A stretch of DNA of 64,000 nt from Sminthopsis crassicaudata (Eukaryota). The DNA lies in NCBI RefSeq assembly GCF_048593235.1, contig NC_133618.1, positions 47,092,478 to 47,156,477 on the forward strand, written 5' to 3'. Shown here in pieces: positions 26,490 to 38,930 of the stretch. The notes beneath the pieces were generated by a model. That model did no database searches, was not told the DNA's origin, and saw nothing but the letters and a program-made list of their open reading frames with translations. Position numbers and translations under genes: made by a program. Position 1 is the stretch's first letter. Every line of letters starts with the position of its first letter.

Positions 26490-26585
26490 CTGTTGGTCTG
26501 AGTGCGCGATCACCAGGTTGTTGGTGCCGGGTGCAATGGCCAGGGCTGTCACAGGGAAGTTGTAAGCAGGCACTGTACAGTGAGG
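26490..26585 (-). CDS. UTP4: UTP4 coding exon 12 (96 nt)
   Basis: PHCTVPAYNFPVTALAIAPGTNNLVIAHSDQQ; donor CAG|GTGGGA. Confidence 0.96.
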
Positions 26586-26955
26586 CTAAGAAGGCAAAGA
26601 GAAGGAGGCGGGAAGCTGCGTGAATGCCCTGTGCTCTCACTGCTCTGAAACCCCTGGTTCCCTGGATTCCAGCCCAGACCCCCTCCCCACCGTGGGGAGG
26701 TGTCAGTCGGGGGCTGAATATGAGACACAGTCCTGTGCAGCTAAAGGCTGACTTTCTTAGACTTGGCTGAATTGTACCTAGACTCTGCTCCCCGAGGTTA
26801 CGTAGGAGAGGTGGACAGAGCCAGCCTGAGTATGGAAGACCACTTTGCTGCTCAGGCCCTGGTAGCCCACCATCACAGATTTCTAAGTTGCACCAATGAG
26901 ATCCTAGATCTAGACCAAAAATAAATTTATAATTAAAAATAAGTCTTGAACCTAC

Positions 26956-27062
26956 CTTCAGATGCTTCAAATCATAGACACTGACTCCACTACTGGGGCC
27001 GGCTGCAGCTAACCAGCTCCCATCTGGGCTTGCTGCCAGCAGAGTCGTGGCCTCCGATGTCC
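26956..27062 (-). CDS. UTP4: UTP4 coding exon 11 (107 nt)
   Basis: (G)TSEATTLLAASPDGSWLAAAGPSSGVSVYDLKHLK; donor AAG|GTAGGT. Confidence 0.96.
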
Positions 27063-27588
27063 CTGTGAGGAAAGAAGAGCTTGAAGGAGAGATTCCTTCA
27101 GTGAACTCTGCTCCCTTATGCCCAGGAAAAATTGCACTTCCCACGAATTTTGCTAAAATGCTCTCCAGGCTGGACGAGGGAGAAAAGAGAAACTGATCCA
27201 AGGGGGAAGAGGCAAGCTGGGCACCCCAGGGTCACACAGATAAATTGTGAAAATGCAAACGAACAATTTTAACTATCTCCTTTCCCACTACTTTTTTTTT
27301 TAAATGAGTAGCAAACAAGTATTCAATTCAATTGACTCGAACTATCACCAGTCATTTCTATATCCGACTCTGTGGCCCCATTTTTTCTTGGTAGAGATAC
27401 TTGGTCTTTCCCCAGCCTCTTTTACAAAGAAGGAAACTGAGGCAGGCGGGGCCAGAGTCACACAGCTGGTGAGGTCTGAGGACCAAAGGATCTCAGGAAG
27501 GAGCCTTCCTGATGACTCTGAGCCCGGCCCTCTTAGCACTAGGCTGTTACCGGGCAACCCTGACTTCAGCTTTACTTTTATTCATACC

Positions 27589-27745
27589 AGGGGCAGCTAG
27601 GTGGCGCAGTGGATAGAGCACCTGCCTTGAATTCAGGAGGATCCAAGTTCAAATCTGGTCTCAGACACTTAATTAACACTTCCTAGCTGTGTGACCCCGG
27701 GCAAGTCACTTAACCCCAGCCTCAGGGGGGAGAAAAAAATAGAAA
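27589..27745 (+). mobile_element. Young WSINE1 copy with perfect 16-bp TSD
   Basis: TACTTTTATTCATACC at 27573-27588 and 27746-27761. Confidence 0.92.
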
Positions 27746-28989
27746 TACTTTTATTCATACCTTATACAATTAATACAAACGCATCAACCTTGAAATGAGT
27801 TACAGTGAAAGAGAAGGTAGAATAATGCACAAATTAGACAATAATGCAAAATGACAAATGTCAAACCGTGTAGCCTCAATAATGCTTCAGAATTTTGAGG
27901 AGAGGAATCATGGGTGATCACTTTATGAAGGAACTTTACAGAGGGAGGAGAGTCACACAGTTAGGAGGCCCTCCTGACTCAGGCTGGCACCCTGTCCCCC
28001 TCTGTACTCCATATCTGGCTGCCCCTTGAAGTGCACATCTGATGGGGTCCCTTGGGCCCCCTCCCTACAGCCTCCAAGCCCCGTCTCCAGCCTTACTGCA
28101 TGGGCCTCCACATACCCTGAAATGTGCCCAGCTAGATCCTGGCCCTTTGTCCTGGAAGCCCCAAAGGTGGGCCATGATCTCTTTTTCCCGGTGGCTCATG
28201 AGACTCCCCCCATCTCCTCCTACAGGGAGCCCCTTCCTGATCCCAACCTCTGGGGCCTTTCCTCACAGATCACCTTCTATTAACCACTTTGTTCCGCTTC
28301 TCTGTGTATTCACACCCCACCTCTACTATAATGGATGCTCCCCCATGAGTGAGAACTTTTCACTCATGTACTTGCACTGGGCAGGGCGGGCACAGTTGCT
28401 TGTTGGCCAATTTGCCATCCATGGCTCTTGGCAATCTGGTCAGTCTCATATTGACCGTTTAATGCGCCTTAGGTTTCCCTGTGTTTCACTTCCAGCAGTC
28501 AGACCTTTCCCCACTTTTCCTCCTTGGATGCTCCTTCTGCCAGTGCTCCCTCCTCTTAGAATTCTCTTTCCTTCAAAACTCCGGTGCCATCTTCCACAGA
28601 AAGATGTTCCTGATTGCTCCCTATAATGCTTTACCCCCAACACACCTTGTACTGACTCTGTTTATATAAATGTGAATAAATGTGTTCCCCAATAAACCAC
28701 AAGCTTCTTGAGGGCAGAGACTTGTATTTGTGTATACCTGGTATCTATTATCATGCCCAGTTCAAAGCACCTCCCTGATAAAGGTCAGAAAACAAAGAGG
28801 AACCAGAAAGAGACTATTCACAGGCTGAATAAACTAGAAAGGAGGTGCTGAGGAACATCATAAATGGTCAGATAAGGTCGGGCTGATAGAGATTTGGTGC
28901 TGGCTGGGTTCTAAATGACAGAAGATAGAATGTGAATTTGGGGTACCCTGGGGCTCCTATTGTTGCTTGGCTTAATGGAAGTCATAGGT

Positions 28990-29170
28990 CAGTGGTCCTC
29001 AAACTTTTTGAATAGGGGGCCAGTTCACTGTCCCTCAGACTGTTGGGGGGCCGGACTATAATAAAAACAAAAGCTCACACTCTGTCTCCCACTCAGCCCA
29101 TTTGCCATAACCCAAGGGCCACATAAATGTCTGCATCCGGACAGCCTGAGGGCCGTAGTTTGAGAACCCA
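28990..29170. mobile_element. Second OC1-like hAT MITE, opposite orientation, in a UTP4 intron
   Basis: Reverse complement of the 17698-17891 element; left TIR CAGTGGTCCTCAAACT; right TIR damaged; TCATAGG flanks both sides. Confidence 0.8.
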
Positions 29171-29918
29171 TCATAGGAAAACCATTTTAGGTTCACTGGC
29201 CCCACCCAACTTCTGAAGAAAAGCAAGGAATCTTAATCAACTACAAAATGGATAATCAGACCCCTAAATCATCCCTGCCTACCTATGGTCTAAACAAAGT
29301 CATGGTTGCAAGAGGGGACCACATGATGGCTCTAGTACTCTCCAGTCCTACCCTTTGCCCCCCACCGGGAAGCCAGACCCCAAGCAGCATGCTCCTGCCG
29401 TTTCCTTTCCTGTATACCTCACTAACAATCTCATAACACGTCCTGCCAGGTGTGTGAAATGAACAACGGAGCAATCATTTTGGAAGATTGAGCCAGAGGT
29501 CCTGCAGGACAGACCATCTACTGAGTGAAGCACCATGAGAAGCAGTTAAAGAAGGTCAGAGGCCACTGCTTTTCCCCCTAAACTTAAATGAGCTCACGAG
29601 TATAACAGTTATTGAGTAAAACCAGTACACAACAAAAAACAACTGCCACTGTGGCGTAAAGGAAGAGCTTTGCATCCAGTTAACTTTTCCTTTGGCTGAA
29701 TCATGGAAGGAAAAACCCCACTGGAGGAAGAAGGGAGAATACTGCTGAATCTGTCCAATTCAGTCTCCATTCAACAGAAATCTCCTCCCCCTCTAAATTG
29801 CAACCATCTGGGTGAGTGCTGGGGGGAGGGAGCAGGGTGGGGCACACAACATCTGGGACTGGGAGGAGTGGAAATAGGACTAATTCTGACCATGCTAAAG
29901 CCAGCAATCAATCCTCAC

Positions 29919-30075
29919 CTGACTGAGGAGGGAAGGAATGCAGGTGTTTCAAGGCCCCCTCCGACAGCTGGATCACATGGAGAGAACCTTGGTTGGAGGC
30001 CACAAACAACTTTGTGGAGTCTGCAGAGAACAGAATCTGGAGGGCAGAATTCAGGAGCTTGGGCACTTTAGAAAC
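29919..30075 (-). CDS. UTP4: UTP4 coding exon 10 (157 nt)
   Basis: VSKVPKLLNSALQILFSADSTKLFVASNQGSLHVIQLSEGALKHLHSFPPQS(G); donor G|GTGAGG. Confidence 0.96.
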
Positions 30076-31045
30076 CTGAGAGCAGGCAAAAATTAAGAGT
30101 CAGCAATCCATTCTCTAGAATTTCCACATTTGAAATAATACTTAGAAATACTACTACCACAGCCAACAAACTTCAGAGCTTTAAGATTTCCACAATGTGT
30201 CTCGCCCTGAGGCGAGGCACCTGTTGCATGCTGGAGCTTTGCAGTCCCCTTGCTAATTCATACTTCTCCTTCCTCAACTCTTTTGTCAAATGCTACCCTT
30301 AAGAGCTACATGAGAATCTTGGCCCCACAATTCACCTAATTTTGTAGTCTTTGATGTTTTATTTTGAGGGGCCCATTTGGCTTCCCCAGATGGCCAAAGG
30401 GACTCATGACACAAAAATGTTAGGAAGCCCAATCTAGGGTGTTCTAGGGCATGTCACCACTCACAACAGAATGGGAATCATGGAATCATGACTGAAGAAA
30501 ATAATGCAACAGCATTTAGTAACCTAACTAGGGATCAGGAGCATAAATACAGAGTTAGAATGGAACTCAAGACAAGTAGCACTGATTAAGCAACTACTGT
30601 GTGCTAGGCATCTAAGCCCCATCTGTAAAGCTAAGGAGCCTGGAGGAGCTAAGGGGCTCACCTGGAACTTTAGGCCTCCTGGGACTTAGCCCCAGTTTCT
30701 CTAATGAGGGGGCTCTTTCCACTGTTTCCCCTGGCTTCCCATAAAAATATTCCTGGCCTGAATCATATCATGGGGAGGCTATAAAAACAAATGAGAAAAT
30801 GAAGAGGGTAAAAAGTCTTTATATAGGTGGTAGAGGTAAAAGAAAGCGGAAGATGACAATGATGAAAATAACTGCTGTTCACAGCCATAAAGAGAGGGAA
30901 GACAGGAAGAGCCCTGAAGGGCTTCTCAAGGCCTCAGATGCCCACCACCATGCATGGGGCATCCCAAGGAGCCCTGAAAAGAAAGCCTAAGATTCGAGGG
31001 TGGGGATTCCAACAAGGCAAAGACATAGGGTTGGATCTCACTTAC

Positions 31046-31168
31046 CCTTTTGATGCTCACACTGTTATTTTCATAATTCATCCGATAAAGATAAAATCTA
31101 GAAGCTGTAGAATAGGCTATCCAACTTCCACATGGGGAAATACAGCTACAACAAATGTTCTCAGGCCC
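31046..31168 (-). CDS. UTP4: UTP4 coding exon 9 (123 nt)
   Basis: GPENICCSCISPCGSWIAYSTASRFYLYRMNYENNSVSIKR; donor AGG|GTAAGT. Confidence 0.96.
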
Positions 31169-33146
31169 CTGAGAATGGAAGAGTCAGAGAAGACATTAAG
31201 TAAAAGTGGTAACAGAAGGTTCACCTTGGCTTCGGGTCCTCTCAAGGAACTATCACTCGATCCCAACAAAGAGTCGCTGCAGTTGGAGGTCAAGACTTCT
31301 AAGTCAAAAAAAAGAGGTTTGAAAATCCCAGTAGCGCTGCTCTCCCAGCATCCCACAAAATGCACCGTTTCCCCTAGTTTGGGTAAAGAAGGTAGAGGTG
31401 GGGGTGGAGGGAGCTGGCTGTAGTCCCTTTCTCAGTAGAGTAAATCAGAAGGAGGCCAGATCACTAACACATGCTTGCTGAATGAATGAATTCCTATATC
31501 CTGTTGTAGAAGGGATTCCTGGAGGGTAATAAAGGAGGCCTGAAATCCCTTCCAAATCTGAAATTCTATGGTTTGGGGAAGCTTTTAGAACCATTTACTT
31601 TCTGATTTGGTAGTTCGAAATATGCTTTAAATAATGATACTATTTGAAATGTAACTGGTGGCTTAGAACAACTCACATAAAAACAAACACAAGGCCAATG
31701 GGCTTGGGATGGGGTGGAAAGAAGAGGATTAGTCCTGGGGCCTGGGGAAGTTTTATGCAGGAGGAGGAAACGAAGGAGGATTCTGTGAAGGAACGTATCG
31801 TTCTCTGCCAGGTCTGGTAGGGCGAGGTCTCCCCTGCATGGGGGGCAGTCAGGGAAAAGGTGCAGAGAGCATGGAAGGGCGAAGGCCAGTCTGGCAGGAG
31901 TGCAAAGTGGGGGGAGGGCAGTAGTGACCAATGGAAAAGCTGGCTGGATCCGGGATGTGAAAGGTTTTAAAGGACACACAAAAGCAACAGGGAAGTGACC
32001 TAGGCAGGCTCTGGGAAAGTCACCCTGGCAGTCGCAAAGGGGAGAGAACAGAGCCGGAGATGAATCGCAGGTTATCCCCATGGCATCCGGGTGAGAGAGG
32101 AGGGGCCCGAAGTGGGCCGGGGACATCTGAGTGTGCAGAAGGATGAGGGCAAATGAGGGGAGCCCAGCTGGTGAGAGAGGAATCAGGGCTGCCACAAAAT
32201 TAACTCAGGGCCAATGTAAATGACACTGAATGAATGTAAACCAGCCCAAAGGAAAACCTGCCAGTGACTGCAACCAGCTGCAACCTCCCCCCCCCCCCCC
32301 CCAGTGACCTTTGCCAGTTCCAGCAACCCTCCACTTTGGTCTGATTCTGATTAGGACAAAGGGCAGCGTGGGGATCCACAATGGGGTGCTCCTACAGCCA
32401 GGCCCAGTCCTGGGAGTAAACCCTAAGAAACCCACCCAAGTCTACACCTCCTTGCACAGGCTTCCTGGGGAGCCCGCCCACTTGGTGGGTCTATTCCTTG
32501 GGCAGAGTACCTCCTTACACCGAGGCAGCCTCAAGGGCTAAGGCTCGCTATGTCATTTTGGCAAAGACAAGGTAACCAAACCTGCAGAGATCCAGAAGGC
32601 TCAACAGCAAGAGTGCAGAAAGGGCCAAAACTGACCCCTGGGGCCCAGACACAGAACCCAAGCCCCCGGGGAGAGAGTCCCCAGGCAGGGGCCGCAGAGA
32701 GCTCAGGAGGGGCCCGGACCCTGAAGGGTCGACAGCTGGACTTAATGATGAGCTCAGAAGTCTGACTGTGCAGGACTGAGGGAGCAGAGCCCACAGGCAA
32801 AGAGGGGATCTTTTCCAGGATGGAGGGTGAACTTTCATGCTGCAGAAAAAATGCCCACAGACAAACAGATCTGAGAGAAGGAGGGAAGGACTTGGGGGGC
32901 TTTCTGGGGACAGGACACATTTAAGTCAGTTGGCTCTGGTACACCACTGTGTCAAAGAAATAGAGGTCACGCCTTGCCTCTGATAAACCAGCTAACTGCA
33001 CATAAATGCCATTCAGTATGTATCTGTTGGATGAACCAGTGAATCAATTAATGAATTACACATAAAATGGAGTAATTTCAGAACAGGGATTCAAAATCCT
33101 ACCCTATATTTCTGGCTCTGTGCATTAAACTTAAGCTGTTTCTTAC

Positions 33147-33211
33147 CTTTTTTTTAAGCTGTAGCAAATGTTCTGCATTTCTGGAGAGTGGAAGGATGTC
33201 CTCATTCTTTC
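33147..33211 (-). CDS. UTP4: UTP4 coding exon 8 (65 nt)
   Basis: (G)KNEDILPLSRNAEHLLQLKKK; donor AAG|GTAAGA. Confidence 0.95.
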
Positions 33212-34341
33212 CTGGAACAAGAAATTCCACTAAGGATTTCCCTCTTAATGAAGTTATTCCTCACAGGATTAAAGTACACTTTCCCCTCTCAAACCACTTG
33301 ATTATGTATGAGAAATACCTTCAATCCTCACCAGAGTGGGATGAGGCCTATGAGAACAAGGCAGCTGTTTGGCTGGCCACCCACTGGTTAGTCCCTCACT
33401 GGGGCTAGGGGAGAGGGAAGCCTTCTGCTCTGCCCTGGACCCTCTCCCAACCAATCATTAAACGGGAACAACTCCACCCCATGATCTTGTATCAGGAGAA
33501 TTTACCAGCCCTGCCTACAGAGTGGAAGCAGATTGAGCCTGTCCTCTCATTTACTTGTGCCGTGAGGGACCTACATCATAACTGATATTTCCATGATTCT
33601 TCAAGGTTTGCCCTGTGAAAGTAAATACAAATATCTCCCTGCTTTACAGATGAGATTCTGAGAACTTAAGGAATCTGCTCATGGTCACCTTGCTAGTGTC
33701 TGAAGGCAGAACTCTGAGCTTAGGGCTTCCAAAGCCCAATTCCTTGCTCTAATCAATGAGAAAGTCTTTGAGCCAGAAACACTAAAAACCCTTTTATGGG
33801 TCCCCACCACTGTGCACAACGCAAGCCAAGTCACTTCTGGCTCAGGTCTCTCCTCTGTGAAAAGAGGTGGCTCCTTCTGAGCTCTAAGCTTCTGACTCTG
33901 GTTTATGTCACTTCTCTAAATTTCAGTTACTTAAAGTCTTTAAAAAAAAAAAAAAAAGGGGCAAAGACCTGGTGATATCCTATTGACCCTGTCAACTTTA
34001 AAATTATGTATATATAAACCCTACACTGTCTCCATTTAACAACAGCAGGGCCAAAATGTGGTCAACCTAGAGCAGTCCTCTATGTCAGCTTCCCAATCCT
34101 CCTGGGACTATGGTGCAACAGAGACAGATTGGGGATTCTTCGTTCCCTACTCTTCCGGTGGCTAGGCTCTTGGGTCTGAGGGTCAGGGCCAGGACATGGG
34201 GCATCCAAGAGTATGCATTTTGTAGAAATGTCCATTTTTCCAGATCATCCCAATTGACACTTTCTTTCCATGCCTCTGATTTGAGCATTTTTCTTCAGTG
34301 ACTATAACTTATTCCCAAGAAGAAGATAAGGCCCAGCTCAC

Positions 34342-34438
34342 CAGCTGCTTCAGTGGCTCCCAATCGCCAAAGTTCCAAACGCTGAGGAAACTGGAAGAGG
34401 AGGAGCTGCATCTTCTTAGCACAGGAGATGAGACGCCG
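34342..34438 (-). CDS. UTP4: UTP4 coding exon 7 (97 nt)
   Basis: RRLISCAKKMQLLLFQFPQRLELWRLGATEAA(G); donor G|GTGAGC. Confidence 0.96.
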
Positions 34439-35268
34439 CTGTAGCCAAGAAACAATCAGCATCAGAGTACTCTTTAAATGTCCCACAAATGAGCTTAAGG
34501 AAAACATCTTAGTATATTATACAAAAAAGGGAATTAACAAATAAAAACTAACAAATCCACAAAATGTTTTTCTTTTCTGCTCAATTTAACTGTTCTTCAA
34601 AACAGAATGATGTAAACAAGAAAAGGGAAAAATTGAACTAAATAAATAAATATTGGAGTGTGTAGAAGATCAGAGAGAATGTTAGATTTGGTATCAAGAG
34701 AATTAAGAGTTTCAATTTCAGCTCTGTGGCTTTTCAGGTGCCAGCGTGACCCTGGACATGGGAGCTCCCCTCTCTGGGCCTAAAGGATAGACTATGAGTC
34801 TTCCAACTCTATAAGCCTGAACCTGCAGAAGGGAGAAAATACCCATCCTTCTCACCTCCCCAGGTAGGGATCATAGGCACAGAGTATTAATTTAGCTGAA
34901 AAGAAATAACTGATTATAGTTAACTGATAACCAAATAAATACATTGTAAAATGGACCCACAAACTAAAGACAAGGGAGACAGAAATGATCTTTGCTGTCA
35001 TTATAAAAATCAGTTGGTTTTTTTTAACGTAGTCATAACAATATTTGGAATCTAGCTCAAAGAGGGGAAGATGCCCAAAGTTCTGAAAGGATAGATAGCA
35101 TTTATTTTTTTATAAAATGGTAACTGAGAAAACACTGACAACTTCCAATCCATTCGCCTAATTTCTAATGTCTAAAAAGTTTTTGTAGGAACAGACATGG
35201 GCATGGTGGGGAATGAGTACTCGCCCCTTGCATCATGTGCAAAGGACACGGGGGTTTCGGTCTCTTAC

Positions 35269-35532
35269 GTGTGGGAAGGTGATTTTCCGCAAGGCCGCGT
35301 CGTAATTCTTGACCTCCACCTTCTCCATGAGGGGCCGGATCACGAGGTGGGCATCCACGCCTCCAGAGATCAGCGCTGTCGGGCTGTGGGCCACGCAGCG
35401 CACGTCGTGCGTGTGATGCTGGAAGGGCTTTGTCCTCACCCACTGGCTTTGCTTGCCGTCCGACCTCGACGCGATCAGCTGGAAGTGGAATATGGTCCCC
35501 TCAGCCGTGCCCACCACCATGCTGTCTTCTTT
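35269..35532 (-). CDS. UTP4: UTP4 coding exon 6 (264 nt; appears to correspond to two exons in human)
   Basis: KEDSMVVGTAEGTIFHFQLIASRSDGKQSQWVRTKPFQHHTHDVRCVAHSPTALISGGVDAHLVIRPLMEKVEVKNYDAALRKITFPH, uninterrupted; acceptor CCCAG, donor CAC|GTAAGA. Confidence 0.96.
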
Positions 35533-36896
35533 CTGGGAGGAGGAAAGTCGGGAATCACGGTCAGCATGGCTCGAGAAAGCTCGCTGCCATCAGCCAGCTC
35601 CTTTCAGCTGCAGCCACTCCAGCTCGGGACGTTGTGTGCACTCTCTGCCTTTGGCTCTTACTCGTTTGTCTTTGACAGAAGTCAAAACTTATGTTAAAAA
35701 TGCAGGGGCTGGTTATAATAGAAGAGGAGGATGGAGGGGGAAGGGAAGAAAAGGAGGAAGAACAGCCAGTGTACAAGGCCAACTGAGCCAGAGTCAACTG
35801 CAGAGTGTTCACCAACAGCCAGGTCACAGCACCCTCTGCTGGCCACTCATGCCTACCACACTCCCCCTGCACTACTCCTTGAGCAACCCTGGCTGGAGGG
35901 CTTCAAGCTCAGGGAGCCCGGTCTCCCCCTCAGATTCTGCAGTCTCTGCCTCTGCCCCCTGCTCTACTTCTCTTCCACACCAACACATGTCACTCTTTAC
36001 TTCTGCCCAGAGGAAGCCAGCCAGGGATCTCCACAATACAAGATGAACTGAATTACAAATAGGGACTGGAAACTCTCAAGCCCAATGAATTAAGTCACTG
36101 AGTTTTGAAGACCGTGGGCAAGCTGGGAGTCAGTGGGCATCACAGCCTGAAGGCCAGACCAGGACACACTAGCTGTGCAGTCTCACCCAAGTCACTCGAA
36201 GTTGGAGCCTTAGCTCCCTCTATGAATGGGGGATTACCCTAGAAGATCCTCAAGGTGCCTTCCAGCTTTAAATCCTCTTATACGCCTTTGGGGAGGGAGA
36301 ATGAGTATTGGGGCAGGTGGCCGCTGTAAGCAGGCCAAAATCCCTGAGCGTGGAGCAGAGCTGGACTGTGCCATCCCCAGCACTTGCCAAGGGCAAGCAC
36401 AAGGCTGCTGGGCACAAAGGAGTGAATGTAGAGTGGAAGTGATTTCCGAGCTAATATTCATATTTATTGCTCAAACTCCACCAACCACGCCTCTAAAGAA
36501 CTCAAAACTCGCTTTCTTTTCTGCTTGGTGAAGAGCCGGCAAGGCCCCACTGGACTGGGATACGGCAGAGGGAACCTGTGGCCGGTGGCCAGAAAGCTGG
36601 GATCCAAGCAGAGGGTGGACACTTGTGGGGTGACCTCTGGCAACGGCTTTTTGGCTCCTGGAGCCTCAGTCTCCTCATTTACAAAAGGGAGATAATATTT
36701 CTTGCCCCAACAACCGCACAAAATTGTTGTGAGAAGTAACACAATGTCACATAAAACATAGCACAAACCAGAAAACACAAGATAAACCCGAGTTATTACC
36801 AAGAGGGAAAGAAATCATCCCCACAGGCTGAGTCTTCCTATAGGTCACTGCCCTGAGAGAAGTTTATTCCCTTCTGGTGACCCTGGAAAATGCCCC

Positions 36897-37054
36897 AGAC
36901 AGCTAGACAGTGCAGTGGACAGAGTATTAGTCCTGGAGGCAGGAGAACCCGAGTCCAAACCCAGCTTCAGACACTTAACAATCACTAGCTGTGTGACCCT
37001 GAACCAGTCCCTTAACTCCAACTGCCTCACCAAAAAGGGGAAAAAAAAAAAAAA
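36897..37054 (+). mobile_element. WSINE1 copy (more diverged)
   Basis: CAGCTAGACAGTGCAGTGGACAGAG...CAGACACTTAACAATCACTAGCTGTGTGACCCTG + A tail. Confidence 0.8.
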
Positions 37055-37578
37055 AGGAAAATGCCTCAAGACCTCACAATAAACTGTCTGGTTGCCAGGC
37101 CCCATCTCTGCCTGGAGGCTGAACCAGCAGGGGGTATAAAAGAAGTTGACCCCTTCTCTCTCTGGCAAGCTCTTTAAGTCCCAACTCAAATCCCCCCTTC
37201 CACACTAGCCTGCCCTCCCTAAGCCTTCTGAATTCCAGCACTTTCCTTCTTTTAATTAATTTCTAATGTATCCTGTAAATACCTTGCTTTGTATAGATGC
37301 ATTGGCATTGGCTTCCCCCATTAGACTGTAAGCTCCTTGAGGGCAGGGACCACCTTGGGCCTTTTTTGTATCCTTACTGCTTAATGTGCAGCGCCTGGCC
37401 CACCTATCCTTGCTGCTCAAGCATTTCAGCCATGTAGATTCTTTGCGACCCATTTGGGGTTTTCTTGGTAAAGCTACTGGAGTTATTTGCCATCCCCATA
37501 ATAAGCAGTTAATAAATGTTTAATGTTTATTATTGATTGATTCTTCAAATAATGGAAAGCATGAAAAGCAAAAGGCTT

Positions 37579-37726
37579 CCCCCTCCCCCCCCCCCCGAGG
37601 CTGGGGTTAAGTGACTTGCCCAGGGTCACACAGCTAGGAAGTGTTAAGTGTCTGAGACCAGATTTGAACTCGGGTCCTCCTGAATTCAAGGCTGGTGCTC
37701 TATCCACCGCGCCGCCTGGCTGTCCC
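37579..37726 (-). mobile_element. Young WSINE1 copy with 13-bp TSD and G-run tail
   Basis: AAGCAAAAGGCTT at 37566-37578 and 37727-37739; CpGs retained. Confidence 0.92.
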
Positions 37727-37749
37727 AAGCAAAAGGCTTTGAAAAAACT

Positions 37750-38930
37750 TTGTGAAACTCCAAAAGGGAAAAAGTCTGAAAGTGGGAAAATTGGCAAAGT
37801 ACATGTATGTGGAAATTTCAATTATACCACAAGGCAAGCAATGTACTGAGTTCATCCTACAGAATTTCAAAGATGAGCTAAACCCAACCTTCTATAGAGC
37901 AATTTGGAACAAAGTCCAAAGGATTATAAAATCATGCATACTCTTTGCCCCGACAATAGTACTACTAGGCATGTATCCCAAGAAACCCAAAAAAGAAAAA
38001 AAAGGGGGGGAAGAGGGGAAGAGAAAGGACCTCTATGTACAAAAATATTTATAGTAATTCTTCCCAGGGCCAAGAATTGGAAATAAAAGGGATGGCTGAA
38101 TAAAGTAGGATATGTAATTATGATAGAATACTATTGTTCTTTTTAAAAATTTTTTAACATAGGGGCTTTTTGTTTTCATAATACATGCAAAGATAGTTTT
38201 AAACCTTCAGCTTTGCAAAAAATCTTGGATTTCAAATTTTTCTCCCTCCCTCTCCTCAATCTGTCCCCCAGACAGCAAGCAATCCAATATAGGTTAAGCA
38301 TGTACAATTCTTCTATACATCTGTCCCCATTTAGCATGCTGCATAAGAAAAATCAGATCAAAAAGGAAAAAAATTGAGGAAGGAAAAAAAAAAAAAAAAA
38401 GCAAATAACAAAAAAGGTGAAAATATGATGTGATTCATGAAATACTATTGTTCTATAAGAAGTGAGGAGCAAGATGTTTTCAGAGAATCCTCAAAAGTTT
38501 TCCATGAGCTCATGCAAAGAGAACAGTGTGGTGTGCAAAATAATGACAATGTTGTGGGATGATCACCTGTAAATAACATTGCTATTCTCAGCAATACGGT
38601 GTTCCAAGACTACTCTGAAGGACTTATGATGAAAAATGCTATCCATATGCAGAGCAAAAAATTGATTATGTCTGAATACAGGCTGAAGCATAGTTTTTTT
38701 TTCCCTTGAGAATTTTGTGGAGGGTTTTTTATGGGGGAAGAGGGAAAATCTGTGTTTTCTTTTACAACATGACTTATGTAAATGTTTTGCATAACTTCAC
38801 ATGTATCTTCCCAATGGGGAAAAGGATGGGAAAAGAAGGAGGGAATCTGGAACTCAAAGCTTCAAAAAGAAATGTTAAAAACTATTTTACCAAAAAATTT
38901 TTTTAGAAATTGTTTTATTTTTAACTAGGG
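37750..38930. mobile_element. Degraded L1 ORF2-3'/3'UTR fragments, with an inverted L1 piece at about 38150-38420
   Basis: TGCATACTCTTTGCCCCGACAATAGTACTACTAGGCATGTATCCCAAG and later GGAATACTAT-like L1 motifs. Confidence 0.7.

Noticed and set aside
26338-27201. 287-aa minus ORF spanning UTP4 coding exons 11-12
   Set aside because: It is exon 11's frame running through a GC-rich 370-nt intron. The intron length is not a multiple of 3 and exon 12 is read out of frame.
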